DNA of 64,000 bases, taken from positions 8,372,001 through 8,436,000 of the forward strand of contig CM075995.1 of the NCBI GenBank assembly GCA_038087875.1. Direction: 5' to 3'. How positions within the stretch are numbered: the first letter of the stretch is position 1; every line of letters begins with the position of its first letter. The DNA comes from Malacoraja senta. Its lineage: Eukaryota. This document shows positions 26,529 to 38,961 of this stretch, piece by piece. A program made the position numbers and the translations under genes. The notes below the pieces were generated by a model that was not told the origin of the DNA, made no database searches, and saw nothing but the letters and a program-made list of their open reading frames with translations.

Positions 26529-28277
26529 GTTCTCAACTAATTCTTCAATCGATCAGCCTTTCTGTCATTATTTTTCTGAAACTCATTTAGATTTTAATTT
26601 AGAGACGCAGCGTGGAAACAGGCCCTTCGGCCCATCAAGTCCGCGCTGACCAGTGATCCCCCCCCCCCCCCCCCGCACACTAACACTATCCTACACACAC
26701 ACTAGGGACAATTTACACTTAGACCAAGCCAATTAACCTCATTGGAGTGTGGGAGGAAACTAGTTCTCGGAGAAAACCCACGGGGAGAACGTACAAACTC
26801 CGTACAGACAGCACCCGTAGTTGGGATGGACCTTTACACCTTACGCTGCCTCAGCAAGGCCAGCAGCACAATCAAGGACCAGTCTCACCCCGGCCACTCC
26901 CTTTTCTCCCCTCTCCCATCAGGCAAGAGGTACAGAAGTGTGAAAACAAACGCGCACCTCCAGATTCAGGGACAGTTTCTTCCCGGCTGTTATCAGGCAA
27001 CTGAACCGTCCTACCACAACCAGAGAGCAGTGCTGAACTACTATCTACCTCATTGGTGACCCTCGGACTATCCTTGATCGGACTTGATCCCGCACTTAAT
27101 GTTATTCCCTTATCATGTATCTATACACTGTAAACGGCTCGATTGAAATCGTGTGTTGTCTTTCCGCTGACTGGTTAGCACGCAACAAAAGTTTTTCACT
27201 GTACCTCGGTACACGTGACAATAAACTGAACTGAACTAAAATGGAGCGGGCATGGGAGTTTAGATACAGCATAGAAACAGGCCCTACTGCCAAGACCAAC
27301 TCTTATCTGCCTGCACAGAATCCATATCCCTCCATTCCCTGCATATCCATGTTTCTGTCCAAAAGTCTAACATTATTGTATCTGCCTCCACCACCACCCC
27401 TGACAGCGCGTTCCAGGCACCCGCCACCCTCTGTACGGACAAAGTTGTCCCGCATGAGGTTATAGATACAGCATCGAAACAGGCCCTTCGACCCATCGAG
27501 TCCACGGCGACTATCCATCGCCCGTTCACACCAGTTCTGTCACAGCTCCATTGCAGAGTTGCGGACGCAGCCCAGACCCTCCCTTCCATCGACTCCGTTT
27601 ACACCTCACGCTGCCAGCAGCATAATAAAGGGCCAGTCCCACCTTCTCCCCCCCCCCCCACCCCCACTCCCATCAGGCAAGAGGTACAGAGGTGAAAACG
27701 CACACCTCCAGATTCACATGCAGGAAGGAACTGCAGATGCTGGTTTGCACCGAAGATAGACAAAAAATGCTGGAGTAACTCTGGAGAGAAGGAATGGGTG
27801 ACGTTTTGGGTCGAGACCCTTTAGACTGAGATTCGGTGGGGTGGGGTGGGGGGGGGTAGTCTAGAGACATGGATGAGCAAGGTGTGAAAATGACAGATCA
27901 AAGCAGACGATGCTTAGGAAATGCAGAAAAGATCATATTAGATACTGGAAAGCTGATTGAGTCCACACACACCGAGAGATTCTAAGCAAATATATTTAAA
28001 ATACAAACGAAAATGTGACCAAATCATCCCTTTGAAGAGGCTCTGGCAGTAGGTTTTCACGTGTTATTTTTAATGTTCCACCCTACAAGGAGCTGGAATG
28101 AAGGCGACTGAGAGAGGGAGAGATAGATCAGCCATGGTGGTGTAGGCTCGACGGGCCGAATGGCCTCATTCCTGCTGCCAGAAGTGGTGAACGTGACTGA
28201 TGTTGGTCTGTAGATGTCGTGAAGCCGCTGGTGCGGACCCCCCCCCCCCCCCTCACTGCAGTACAAGGTGCGGACAG

Positions 28278-28283
28278 TTTATT
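28278..28283 (-). terminator. Candidate AATAAA poly(A) signal for TOPBP1
   Basis: tttatt on + about 25 nt past the TOPBP1 stop. Confidence 0.45.
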
Positions 28284-28308
28284 GAACCGGGGAGCGGCGC
28301 TCTTATCT

Positions 28309-28422
28309 TCACGTTTTGCGGCACTTTCTCGAGTCGGCGTGATCGTCAGACACCTTGCGTTTCCGCGCTGCCGTCCCAGGCTCGGCGGTCAGGAAGTAAT
28401 TCTCAACGGGAGGGGGGCGCTC
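28309..28422 (-). CDS. TOPBP1: TOPBP1 last coding exon, ERPPPVENYFLTAEPGTAARKRKVSDDHADSRKCRKT*
   Basis: ttcag acceptor and TGA stop; matches ESPPHVENY and the basic C-terminal KRK...KR tail. Confidence 0.9.
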   Translation of the reverse strand, partial: ERPPPVENYFLTAEPGTAARKRKVSDDHADSRKCRKT

Positions 28423-29044
28423 CTGAAAGTTAAAGAGAAAGTCGTGAAATAATGGGGCGGCACGGTGGAGTAGCGGCTGAGTTGTTGCCTCACAGCGCCA
28501 GATACCCGGGTTCAATCCCAACTGGGGGGGGGAGGAGGTGACGAGCTGGAGGCAGGAAAAGACCAGGACCAAATCAGTACCTAGACACATAGACAATAGG
28601 TGCAGGAGTAGGCCATTCGGCCCTTCGAGCCAGCACCGCCATTCAATGTGAACATGGCTGATCATCCCCAATCAGTACCCCGTTCCTGCCTTCTCCCCAT
28701 ATCCCCTTGATTCCGCTAGCCCTAAGAGCCCTATCTAACTCATTTAAATGCATCCAGAGAACCTGCCTCCACCGCCCTCTGAGGCAGAGAATTCCACAGA
28801 CTCACCACTCTCTGTGTGAAAAGGTTTTTCCTCATCTCCGTTCTAAATGGCTTACTCCTTATTCTTAAACTGTGGCCCCTGGTTCTGGACTCCCCCAACA
28901 TCGGGAACATGTTCCCTGCCTCTAGCGTGTCCAATCCCTTCTTCTTGTCTATGGCGTGCACAGCCTACTATTTGATTGTGCACACCAGGTTGATTGCAAT
29001 CGTCGAAACAGGGCCGACCAAGTGAAGGTTGCAATCTCCCACCC

Positions 29045-31680
29045 CTCAATCCCTTAATAAACTGATATGTTTCTATAAGATCCCCTCTCACCCTTCTAAA
29101 TTTCAGTGAATACAAGCCCAGTCTTTCCATTCTCTCAGCATATGACAGTCCCGCCATCCGGGAATTAACCTTGTAAACCTACGCTGCACTCCTTCAATAG
29201 CAAGAATGTCCTTCCTCAAATTTGGAGACCAAAACGGCACACAATACTCCAGTTGTGGTCTCACTTGGGCTCTGTACAACTGTAGAAGGACCTGTTTACT
29301 CCTATACTCAACATCTCTTGTTATGAAGGCCAACATGCCATTAGCTTTCTTCACTGCCTGCTGTACCTGCATGCTTACTTTCAGTGACTGATGTACAAGG
29401 ACACCCAGGTCTCATTGTACTTCCCCCTTTCCTAATCTGACAACATTCGGATAATCATCTGCCTTCCTGTTCTTGCCACCAAAGTGATTAACCTCACATT
29501 TATCCACATTAAACTGCATCTGCCATGCATCTGCCCACTCACCCAACCTGTCCAAGTCACCCTGCATTCTCATAGCATCCTCCTCACAGTTCACACTGCC
29601 ACCCAGCTTTGTGTCATCTGCAAATTTGCTAATGTTACTTTTAATTCCTTCATCTAAATCATTAATGTATATTGTAAATAGCTGCGGTCCCAGCACCGAG
29701 CCTTGCGGTACCCCACTAGTCACTGCCTGCCATTCTGAAAGGGACCCTTTAATCCCTACTCTTTGTTTCCTGTCTGCCAACCATTTTCTATCCATGTCAG
29801 CACTCTACCCCCAATACCATGTGCCCTAATTTTGCCCACTAATCTCCTATGTGGGACCTTATCAAATGCTTTCTGAAAGTCCAGGTACACTACATCCACT
29901 GGCTCTCCCTTGTCCATTTCCTAGTTACATCCTCAAAAAATTCCAGAAGATTAGTCAAGCATAATTTCCCCTTCGTAAATCCATGCTGACTCGGACCGAT
30001 CCTGCTGCTGCTATCCAAATGTGCGGCAATTTCATCTTTTATGATTGACACCAGCATCTTCCCCACCACGATGTCAGGCTAACTGGTCTATAATTCCGTT
30101 TTCTCTCTCCCTCCTTTCTTAAAAAGTGGGATAACATTAGCTACCCTCCAATCCACAGGAACTGATCCTGAATCTATAGAACATTGGAAAATGATCACCA
30201 ATGCGTCCATGATTTCTAGAGTCACTTCCTTAAGTACCCTGGGATGCAGACCATCAGGCCCTGGGGATTTATCAGCCTTCAGTCCCATCAGTCTATCCAA
30301 CACCATTTCCTGACTAATGTGGATTTCCTTCAGTTCCTCTGGCCACTACTATATCAGGAAGATTGTTTGTGTCCTCCTTAGTGAAGATGGATCCAAAGTA
30401 CCTGTTCAACTCATCTGCCATTTCCTTGTTCCCCATAATAAATTCACCTGTTTCAGTCTTCAAGGGTCCAACTTTGGTCTTAACTAATTTATTCCTCTTC
30501 ACATACCTAAAGAAGCTTTTACTATCCTGCTTTATATTCTTGGCTAGCTTACCTTCGTACCTCATCTTTTCTCCCCGTATTGCCTTTTTAGTTATCTTCT
30601 GTTGTTCTTTAAACATGACCCAATCCTCTGGCTTCCCGCTCATTTTTACTACATTATAATTCTTCTCTTTTATTTTTATACTGTCCCTGACTTCCCTTGT
30701 CAGCCACGGTTGCCCCTTACTCCCCTTGGAATCTTTCTTCCTCTTTGGAATGAACTGATACTGCACCTTCTGTATTATTCCCAGAAATACCTGCCATTGT
30801 TGTTCCACTGTCATGCCTGCTAGGGTATCTTTCCAGTCAACTTTGGCCAGCTCCTCCCTCATGGCTCCATAGTCCCCTTTGTTCAACTGTAACACGGACA
30901 CCTCTGATTTACCCTTCTCCCTCTCCAATTGTAGATTAAACCTGACCATATTATGGTCACTACCTCCTAATGGCTCCTTAACCTCAAGTTCCTTTATCAA
31001 ATCCGGTTCATTACATAACACTAAATCCAGATCTCTAAATCTAATCTAGACCACTAAATCTCGGTGAGACCAAGCGTAGGCTTGGCGATCGATTCGGCGA
31101 ACACCTCCGCTCGGTCCGCATTAACCAACCTGATCTCCCTGTGGCTCAGCACTTCAACTCCCCCTCCCATTCCGAATCCGACCTTTCTGTCCTGGGCCTC
31201 CTCCATGGCCAGAGTGAGCACCACCGGAAATTGGAGGAGCATCACCTCATATTCCGCTTGGGCAGTCTGCATCCCGGTGGCCTGAACATTGACTTCTCCA
31301 ATTTCTGGTAGCCCTGTCTCCTCCCCTTCTCAGCTCTCCCTCAGCCCTCGGGCTCCTCCTCTTCCTTTCTTTCTCCTTTCTTCTCCCCGCCCCACATCAG
31401 TCTGAAGAAGGGTTTAGGCCCGAAACGTTGCCTATTTCCTTCGCTCCATAGATGCTGCTGCACCCGGTGAGTTTCTCCAGCACTTTTGTCTACACTAAAT
31501 CCAGAATCGCCTTCTCCCTGGTAGGCTCCAGTACAAGCTGCTCTAAGAATCCATCTCTGAGGCACTCCACAAACTCCCTTTCTTGGGGTCCAGTACCAAC
31601 CTGATTTCCCAGTCTACCTGCATATTGAAATCTCCCATAACCACCGTAGCATGACCTTTGTTACATGCCAATTTTAACAC
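29045..31680 (-). mobile_element. Long CR1/HER1 LINE ORF2 fragment (end of endonuclease, tether, reverse transcriptase), interrupted by a PLE
   Basis: ORFs 30314-31021, 30088-30306, 29412-29795 and 29103-29372 with GSDHN, KSPGPDG and KFADD motifs. Confidence 0.92.
31060..31493 (+). mobile_element. Penelope-like element 3' fragment inserted in CR1
   Basis: GETKRRLGDRFGEHLRSVR (GIY-YIG); hammerhead motif at 31402-31429; flanking duplication acactaaatccaga. Confidence 0.88.
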
Positions 31681-31684
31681 CTGA

Positions 31685-32864
31685 TGCAACTTTCTGACAG
31701 AGAGACCGCAGTCAGTCCGTGTTGGCAAGAACACTTCAGGCTCGATCACGCTGAGCACCGGCTCCCCTCAAGGCTGTGTGCTCAGCCCGCTGTTGTTCAC
31801 ATTGCTCACACATGACTGTGCGGCCAGATTCAGGGACAATAAGATCATAAAATTCGCGGATGACACAACAGTGGTGGGACTCATCAGCGGAGATGATGAA
31901 TCAATGTACAGGGAGGAAGTAAAACAACTAGTGGACTGGTGCGGCAAAAATAACCTAGAATTAAATGTCGACAAAACAAAGGAGATGGTTGTCGACTTCA
32001 GGAGGGCGCAGCCAAAGCATGCACCCCTTAACATCAAGTGGCGCCACAGTGGAGAGAGTGGAGAGCATAAAGTTCCTCGGGGTGCAAATTACAGACAGCC
32101 TCACCTGGTCCAGAAACACCACTGGGACCGTCAAACGGGCCCATCAGCGACTGCACTCCCTGAGGAAACTAAAACAGGCCTCACTCCCCACCAACATCCT
32201 CAGGACTTTCTACAGGGGTACGGTGGAGTCTGTACTCACGTACTGCATAAATACGTGGTACTCCACCTGCAACTGCTCGGACAGGAAGGCTCTGCAGAGG
32301 GTAGTGAGGGGAGCAGAGAAGATCATTGGCGTCTCCCTACCCTCGGTACAAGAACTGTTCCAGAGCCGCTGTCGGAAAAAAGCTCAGAGAATTGCTAAGG
32401 ACAAACTGCACCCCCTCCACATACACCTGGATCTCCTGCCATCAGGCAAGAGATATCGCAGCATCAAAGCCCGGACCACAAGACTGCTAAACAGCTTCCT
32501 GCCATATGCTGTGAGGCTGCTAAACAGCCACTCTGTACTCACAGTCACCTGATTCTGCGGCTTGGCACGGACACTTTAATAACTGGCACTGGCCACTTCA
32601 ATAACTGGCACTGGCCACTCAAATCAGCCACCCCGGACATGTTTATGATTGGTTTACTGTATTTTAACGTTGTTTTTACCTACTTTTTAACTATTGATAC
32701 TGTTCCATCAGGGACTGGATTGTTTTTAGTGGTGTTATTATGTGTGAAATGTTTTAAATTTCATGTGCGATGCTCCGGTATTCCCTGGGAAACGTCTTTT
32801 CATTTTGCACTGTACAACTGTTGCTTGCAAGATGACAATAAAGGTTGATTAGATTGATTGATTG
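31685..32864 (+). mobile_element. Rex1/Babar-clade LINE 3' part (reverse transcriptase and C-terminus), frameshifted
   Basis: STGSPQGCVLSPLLF..THDC, KFADDTTVVGLIS and LLPSGKRYRS motifs; AATAAA plus (GATT)n tail. Confidence 0.85.
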
Positions 32865-33071
32865 AACTTGCACCCTATGTCCAGGCTACTGTTTTGGGGC
32901 CTGTAGATAAGTCCCATTGTTGGCCAGGGAAGTTGTGATTCCAAGAGGGATACAATGTGGGTGAACCGTGGAGCCGGTAAATGAATGTCAAGGGTGGAGG
33001 ACGAGCTCACGGGGGAGGGAGGAGTGTGTAAGTAGAGGTTACATTGGACAGGTTTAGAGGGGTAAGGGCCA

Positions 33072-33845
33072 AATAGACAATAGACAATAGGTGCAGGAGT
33101 AGGCCATTCGGCCCTTCGAGCCAGCACCGCCATTCAATGTGATCATGGCTGAACATCCCCAATCAGTACCCCGTTCCTGCCTTCTCCCCATATCCCCTGA
33201 CTCCGCTATTTTTAAGAGCCCTATCTAGCTCTCTCTTGAAAGCATCCAGAGAACCTGCCTCCACCGCCCTCTGAGGCAGAGAATTCCACAGACTCACCAC
33301 TCTCTGTGAGAAAAAGTGTTTCCTCGTCTCCGTTCTAAATGGCTTACTCCTTATTCTTAAACTGTGGCCCCTGGTTCTGGACTCCCCCAACATCGGGAAC
33401 ATGTTTCCTGCCTCTAGCGTGTCCAAGCCCTTAACAATCTTATATGTTTCAATAAGATCCCCTCTCATCCTTCTAAACTCCAGAGTGTACAAGCCCAGCT
33501 GCTCCATTCTCTCAGCATATGACAGTCCCGCCATCCCGGGAATTAACCTTGTAAACCTACGCTGCACTCCCTCAATAGCAAGAATGTCCTTCCTCAAATT
33601 AGGGGACCAAAACTGCACACAATACTCCAGGTGTGGTCTCACCAGGGCCCTGTACAACTGCAGAAGGACCTCTTTGCTCCTATACTCAACTCCTCTTGTT
33701 ATGAAGGCCAACATGCCATTTGCTTTCTTCACTGCCTGCTGTACCTGCATGCTTACTTTCATAGACTGATGAACAAGGACCCCCAGATCCCTTTGTACTT
33801 CCCCTTTCCCCAACTTGACGCCATTTAGATAGTAATCTGCCTTCC
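33072..33845 (-). mobile_element. CR1/HER1 LINE 3' fragment, in frame with the TOPBP1 BRCT8 exon
   Basis: ORF 33163-34047 continues into KADYYLNG...RPHLEYCVQFWSP...; (CTATTGT)n tail. Confidence 0.93.
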
Positions 33846-33876
33846 ACCAAATGGAGACGTCGGAGGAGGGTCGTAC

Positions 33877-34038
33877 CTGTATCAGATAGTCGGCAATGAA
33901 CTCGGGTTTGAGGCAGAGGACGTCGAGTTCCAGGGCCTCGGTCAGGTTCACCCTCCTCTCCTCCACCTTCAGCTTGCCGAGGTCAACAAACAGGTGGGTG
34001 GCCTCTTGGTAGTCCGCGGGCAAGTGATTGGGGAGGAC
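33877..34038 (-). CDS. TOPBP1: TOPBP1 exon (BRCT8), VLPNHLPADYQEATHLFVDLGKLK...CLKPEFIADYLIQ
   Basis: ccag acceptor and gtacga donor, 162 nt; matches EATHLF...EYIADYLMQ. Confidence 0.94.
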
Positions 34039-35044
34039 CTGGAACACAGAGGCACAGCCATATTACATCAAAGCCAGCCACAAAATCAATGGGAGTTTTA
34101 CAGCGGTGCCATAGTCGAGTTGACCTTGCGTCCAGTTTAGATTATTGTCACGTGTACCGAGGGACAGTGAAAAACCTTTGTCGCCTGATAGCAGAAAGAC
34201 ATTGGTAGACAAAAAAAAACAATGCTGGAGAAACTCAGCGGGTGAGGCAGCATCTACGGAGAGAAGGAATAGGCGACGTTTCGACCCGAGACGTCGCCTA
34301 TTCCTTCTCTCCATAGATGCTGCCTCACCTGAAAAAGGTTAACTTATAACTAAACAAACAGGTTCACTTCTTAATAAACAGACAACTCACAATACGGTTT
34401 GGTAGACCAGTTCAATGCTTTACTAACTGCAAGGAGAATCCCAGCCAAGTGAGCAACACGGACACTTCTCTGAACACAGAATTACGTGGTATTTTATACT
34501 GTCACCTAAGCACATTCCAAAGACTTGAGTCATGGTCAGAGGTACAGTGAATACACGTTACTACAGGATGCGTCTGAGTTTGTCTCTTGTCAATCATCAG
34601 TCGCATCAAAAGGCATCCTGTCATTTGGTACAAGGCAGTTGCATATCAACAGCATCGGACATTGGTCTCAATAGCCCTTACTGGGATTAATCTGCTGGAA
34701 TGGCGGAGTAGACTTGATGGGCCGAATGGCCTAACTCTGCTTGTACCACTCGCGACCCATCACACAATGCGCTTTATTTCCAACAACAAACAATAGCGTC
34801 TAGAAGGCGTATGTAGGTTAATTGGCTTGATAAATTGTCCAGTATAAAATGATCCAACTTCCAGTATAGTCGCTCGTGAATACTTCGCAAGGTACAAGAT
34901 ACAAGGCAGAATGTCCTATTCCTGATGCCGCTCCTTCAGACTGAGCTGTTCACCTCACAATGAACACTACCGCTGATCCGATGCCATGACCGACGTCACA
35001 TTGGAAAGCAGGAGAAGCAGCAGGTCTTGTCGCCTGATAGCGGA

Positions 35045-36000
35045 AACATCTTCAATGTTCCACCTCAACAACAGGGAAGCGACCCGCGAGATGGACGTCA
35101 TGGTGGATAACGCCCGGTTACGGTCCCAGCCTGTCCCCACGTACCTCGGTGTGAAGCTCGACAGAACGTTGTCATTCAAACAACACCTGGAAGGTGTCAA
35201 GGCAAAGACAGGCGCCCGTGCCGCACTGATTCGCCGCCTAGCCGGCACCACATGGGGAGCCACGACGAAGACACTGCGCATGTCCACTGCGCGTGGCCCT
35301 GGTCTTCTCAGCCGCCGAGTACTGCGCCCCGGTCTGGTGCCGTAGCCCTCACGCCAAGAAGCTGGATGCTGCCCTCAACAGCGCCCTGCGGACTGTCTCC
35401 GGATGCCTACGAGCCACCCCAGTAAACCAACTGCCCGTCCTTGCTGGCATCGCCCCAGCCAACATCAGACGAGAAGCAGCCACGCTGGCCCTCTCTTGAA
35501 AGGCACAGACCAGTGAATCCCATCTCCTCCATCAGATCGTCACAGAGACACCACGACGAGTGCGCCTCAAGTCACGGCACCCCTTTGCCACGCAAGCCCA
35601 AGAGCTGCTCTGCACAACACCGGCTGACGCTTCTAAGGCTGCCTGGGTCAAGACGAGATGGAGAGACCAGTGGAAGTCAGCGGAACCATCTAGGCTACAC
35701 CATTACATCGATGACCCCATGGACGTCCCTGGCCAGGACCTGCCCCCGAAAGCAGTGGACAACCCTCAACCGCCGGAGGACAGGCATCAGACGCTATGGA
35801 GTAGCGATGAAGAGGTGGGGCCTCGTGGACAGCGCCTCCTGCGAGTGTGTGGGGACCCAACACAGACAGTGGAGCCCACACATAGTCACCAGTTGCCCCA
35901 AACACCAGCCACCGAATGGTGAACGAGGTCTGGACGATGACACGTTGGCCTGGCTCGCCTCAACGGAGCTGCAGGTCTAAAAGACACACGACAGAAGAAG
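35045..36000 (+). mobile_element. 5'-truncated Vingi/Ingi-like non-LTR retrotransposon, second family
   Basis: FHLNN...YLGVKLDRTLSF...LAGTTWGA...AEYCAPVW...LAGIAP; C-terminal CxC...HxxxxC; no RNase H visible; GAAGAAG tail. Confidence 0.72.
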
Positions 36001-36059
36001 GATGTCTTGGCGGACAGATGTACATGCACCGTACGGCGTGTGGAATGAATGGAACTGAC

Positions 36060-36152
36060 CTTGGCCCCTCCAGAGAGTAGAAGCCTCCTGAAGCCTGCCT
36101 CCTTGTTGTGGTCAAAGTTCAAAATGACCGTCCAGCCATTGAACGCACCAAT
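36060..36152 (-). CDS. TOPBP1: TOPBP1 exon (start of BRCT8), [31 protein letters not shown]
   Basis: cag acceptor and gtcag donor, 93 nt; matches GAFSGWKVIL...EAGFKRLLQSGGAK. Confidence 0.95.
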
Positions 36153-37908
36153 CTGCAGAGAGAAGGCAAGATGCATGGAGTTAGAAGTGATGTACGATAC
36201 TGAGACAAGAATCCTGGAGAATCCCATTCACACCAGTACCCATGTTTACAGTTTAGTTTATTGTCACGTGTACAGTGAAAAGCTTTTGTTGCGTGCTATC
36301 CAGTCAGCAGAAAGATAGTACATGGTTACAATCGAGCCATTTACAGTGTACAGATACATGATAAGGGAATAACGTTTAGTGCAAGGTTAAAGCCAGCACA
36401 GTCCGGTCAAGGATAGTCCAAGGGTCACCAGTGAGGTAGATAGTAGTTCAGGACCGCTCTCTGGTTGTGGTAGGATGGTTCAGTTGCCTGATAACAGCTG
36501 GGAAGAAACTGTCCCTGAATCTGGAGGTGTGCGTTCGTTTTAACACTTCTGTACCTCTTGCCCGATGGGAGAGGGGAGAAGAGGGAGTGGCCGGGGTGCG
36601 ATTAGTCCTTGATGATGCTGCCGGCCTTGCCGAGGCAGCGTGAGGTGTAGATGGAGTCGATGGGAGGTTGGTTTGTGCGATGGTCTGGGCTGCGTCCACA
36701 ATTCGCTGCGATCTCTCGCGGGTCTTGGATGCATCATCATCGTTGAAAACATCAGTGGGCGCGGTGCCTTACAATGCCGTGTATGACAATGATCGCAACG
36801 TTTACTGAAGTGGGGACGGCCGTTGGCTCGCTAGGAGCTCATCCATCCGCCCTTTGACAGGTCCTGTTTCTGGTCCTGCTGGGGGTCCACAGCCCCCCTC
36901 CTCACCTGGCAAACCAGGTGGGTGGGGGGAGACGGTTTAGTCGCCGACTATCCGACAATGGAGCGGGTAGCACGGGATTACATGGTACCCGTGGCGGGGG
37001 GGAACTCCCCCCGACCTGACTATTTCTGGGAACTGAAGCTGTTCCCACAGTTTAAGAATAAGGAGTAAGCCATTTAGAACGGAGACGAGGAAACACTGTT
37101 TCTCACAGAGTGGTGAGTCTGTGGAATTCTCTGCCTCAGAGGGCAGTGGAGGCCGGTTCTCTGGATGCTTTCAAGAGAGAGCTAGATAGGGCTCTTAAAA
37201 ATAGCGGAGTCAGGGGATATGGGGAGAAGGCAGGAACGGGGTACTGATTGGAGATGATCAGCGATGATCACATTGAATGGCGGTGCTGGCTCGAATTACC
37301 TACTCCTGCACCTATTGTCAAACCAAGCTGTGCTGCATCCCGACAAATGCATCGGCAGTGTTTTGCTGAGGCATTGTCACTGAAACAAGTATGGCGACAC
37401 GGTGCGACTGGTCCTCGGTGATGTTGCTGGCCTTGCAAAGGCAGCGTGAGGTGTAGATGGAGTCAACACCTCACCTGTCCACCTTATCCATCCATCTGCC
37501 AAGGCTACCTTGTCCATAGACCTGGTCACCATCTAAAGGCCCTGTCCCACTTTCCCGGGTTACTTACGAATTCTCCCGAGTTTTCTCCTTGATTCAAACT
37601 AGGAGAATGTCCGTAGGAGTCCGTAGATATATCGTAGCAGCTCGTACTGCCAGCCGTAGGTCCTCGGGGCATCAGGTAAGTCGGGACGTTTTTTCAGCAT
37701 GTTGAAAAATGTCCACGAGTAAAAAATATAGCCCCGGGTACCTACGGCTGGCTATTACCGTAATTCTCCGAGTTTGAATCAAGGGGAAAACTCGGAAGAA
37801 TTCGTGAGTAACTCGGGAAAGTGGGAGTTACCTGTCGCCAGTGACAGGAGGTCCAGGTGACTGACCCATTACAACGGTAAAAGTCAGGACATTTCTCAGC
37901 CCCAGTAC

Positions 37909-38049
37909 CTCTCCACTGTCATTCTTTTGTCTCAGTATCTCCAGCCTCTTCCTCCATCGCATGGCCGCCACCGCAAGCTTTCTCTGCTGCACACTGATCC
38001 CAGGCAGCACGTCCAGGATGAAGCTGCTGCCCCACTCGTAGTTCTCTTC
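37909..38049 (-). CDS. TOPBP1: TOPBP1 exon, [47 protein letters not shown]
   Basis: cag acceptor and gtactg donor, 141 nt; matches EEDYEWGSSSILDVL...AAMRWRK. Confidence 0.95.
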
Positions 38050-38961
38050 CTGCAGAAGGTGAAGGAATGATCAGCACCATGGAAACATCAACTGCATCTC
38101 CCCACTCACCCCAGTGTGTAGGAAGTGGATGCAATGGCGGGATCACATAGAATTATCCTCACACTTCCCAAAGATGATCCATGTGGACTCAGTGAGGAGG
38201 GGGAGGAGTGGGGGGGAGGAGGAGTGAGGAGGAGGGAGGGGGTAGAGGAGGGGAGGAGGGGGAGGAGGAGGGGAGGAGGGGAGGAGGAGGGGGGGGAGGA
38301 GGAGGGGAGGAGAGCGGGGGGAAGAGGAGGGGGAGAGGGGAGCGGGGCAGCCGGATTATGTCACTCGCGGCACGTGGAACAGAGCCTGGAGCCATTGTGA
38401 TGTCATCAGCCAAAGCCAGACTGTTTTATTTTCTAAGGTATTTCAGATTTTTGAAAATTTTGATTAATAACTCGAGAAATAATGCAGGGATTTTTCTGAT
38501 AAGGCAATTTTGGACTCCATGGGATAAATCTCGATCGGAATATGTAAATTTTTTACTGTTACCGCGTCATTTTTTCGAGAAGATGTGATCCCACACAAAC
38601 AAATAAATAAATACACATCCAAGATCAGAGTTTTATAGTTATAAGGATATGGATATATACACACACGCGCACGCACATATTTATATGCACATACATACAC
38701 ACATACAGTGCCCTCCATAATGTTTGGGACAAAGACCCATCATTTATTTATTTGCCTCTGTACTCCATAATTAGAGATTTGTAATAGAAAACAAATCACA
38801 TGTGGTTAAACTGCACATTGTCAGATTTTAATAAAGGCCATCTTCATACATTTTGGTTTCACCATGTAGAAATTACAGCTGTGTTTATACATAGTCCCCC
38901 CATTTCAGGGCACCATAATGTTTGGGACACAACAATGTCATGTAAATGAAAGTAGTCATGT

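Noticed and set aside
38171..38345. Pro-, Gly- or Glu-rich ORFs
   Set aside because: This is a low-complexity purine (GGA) tract in an intron.
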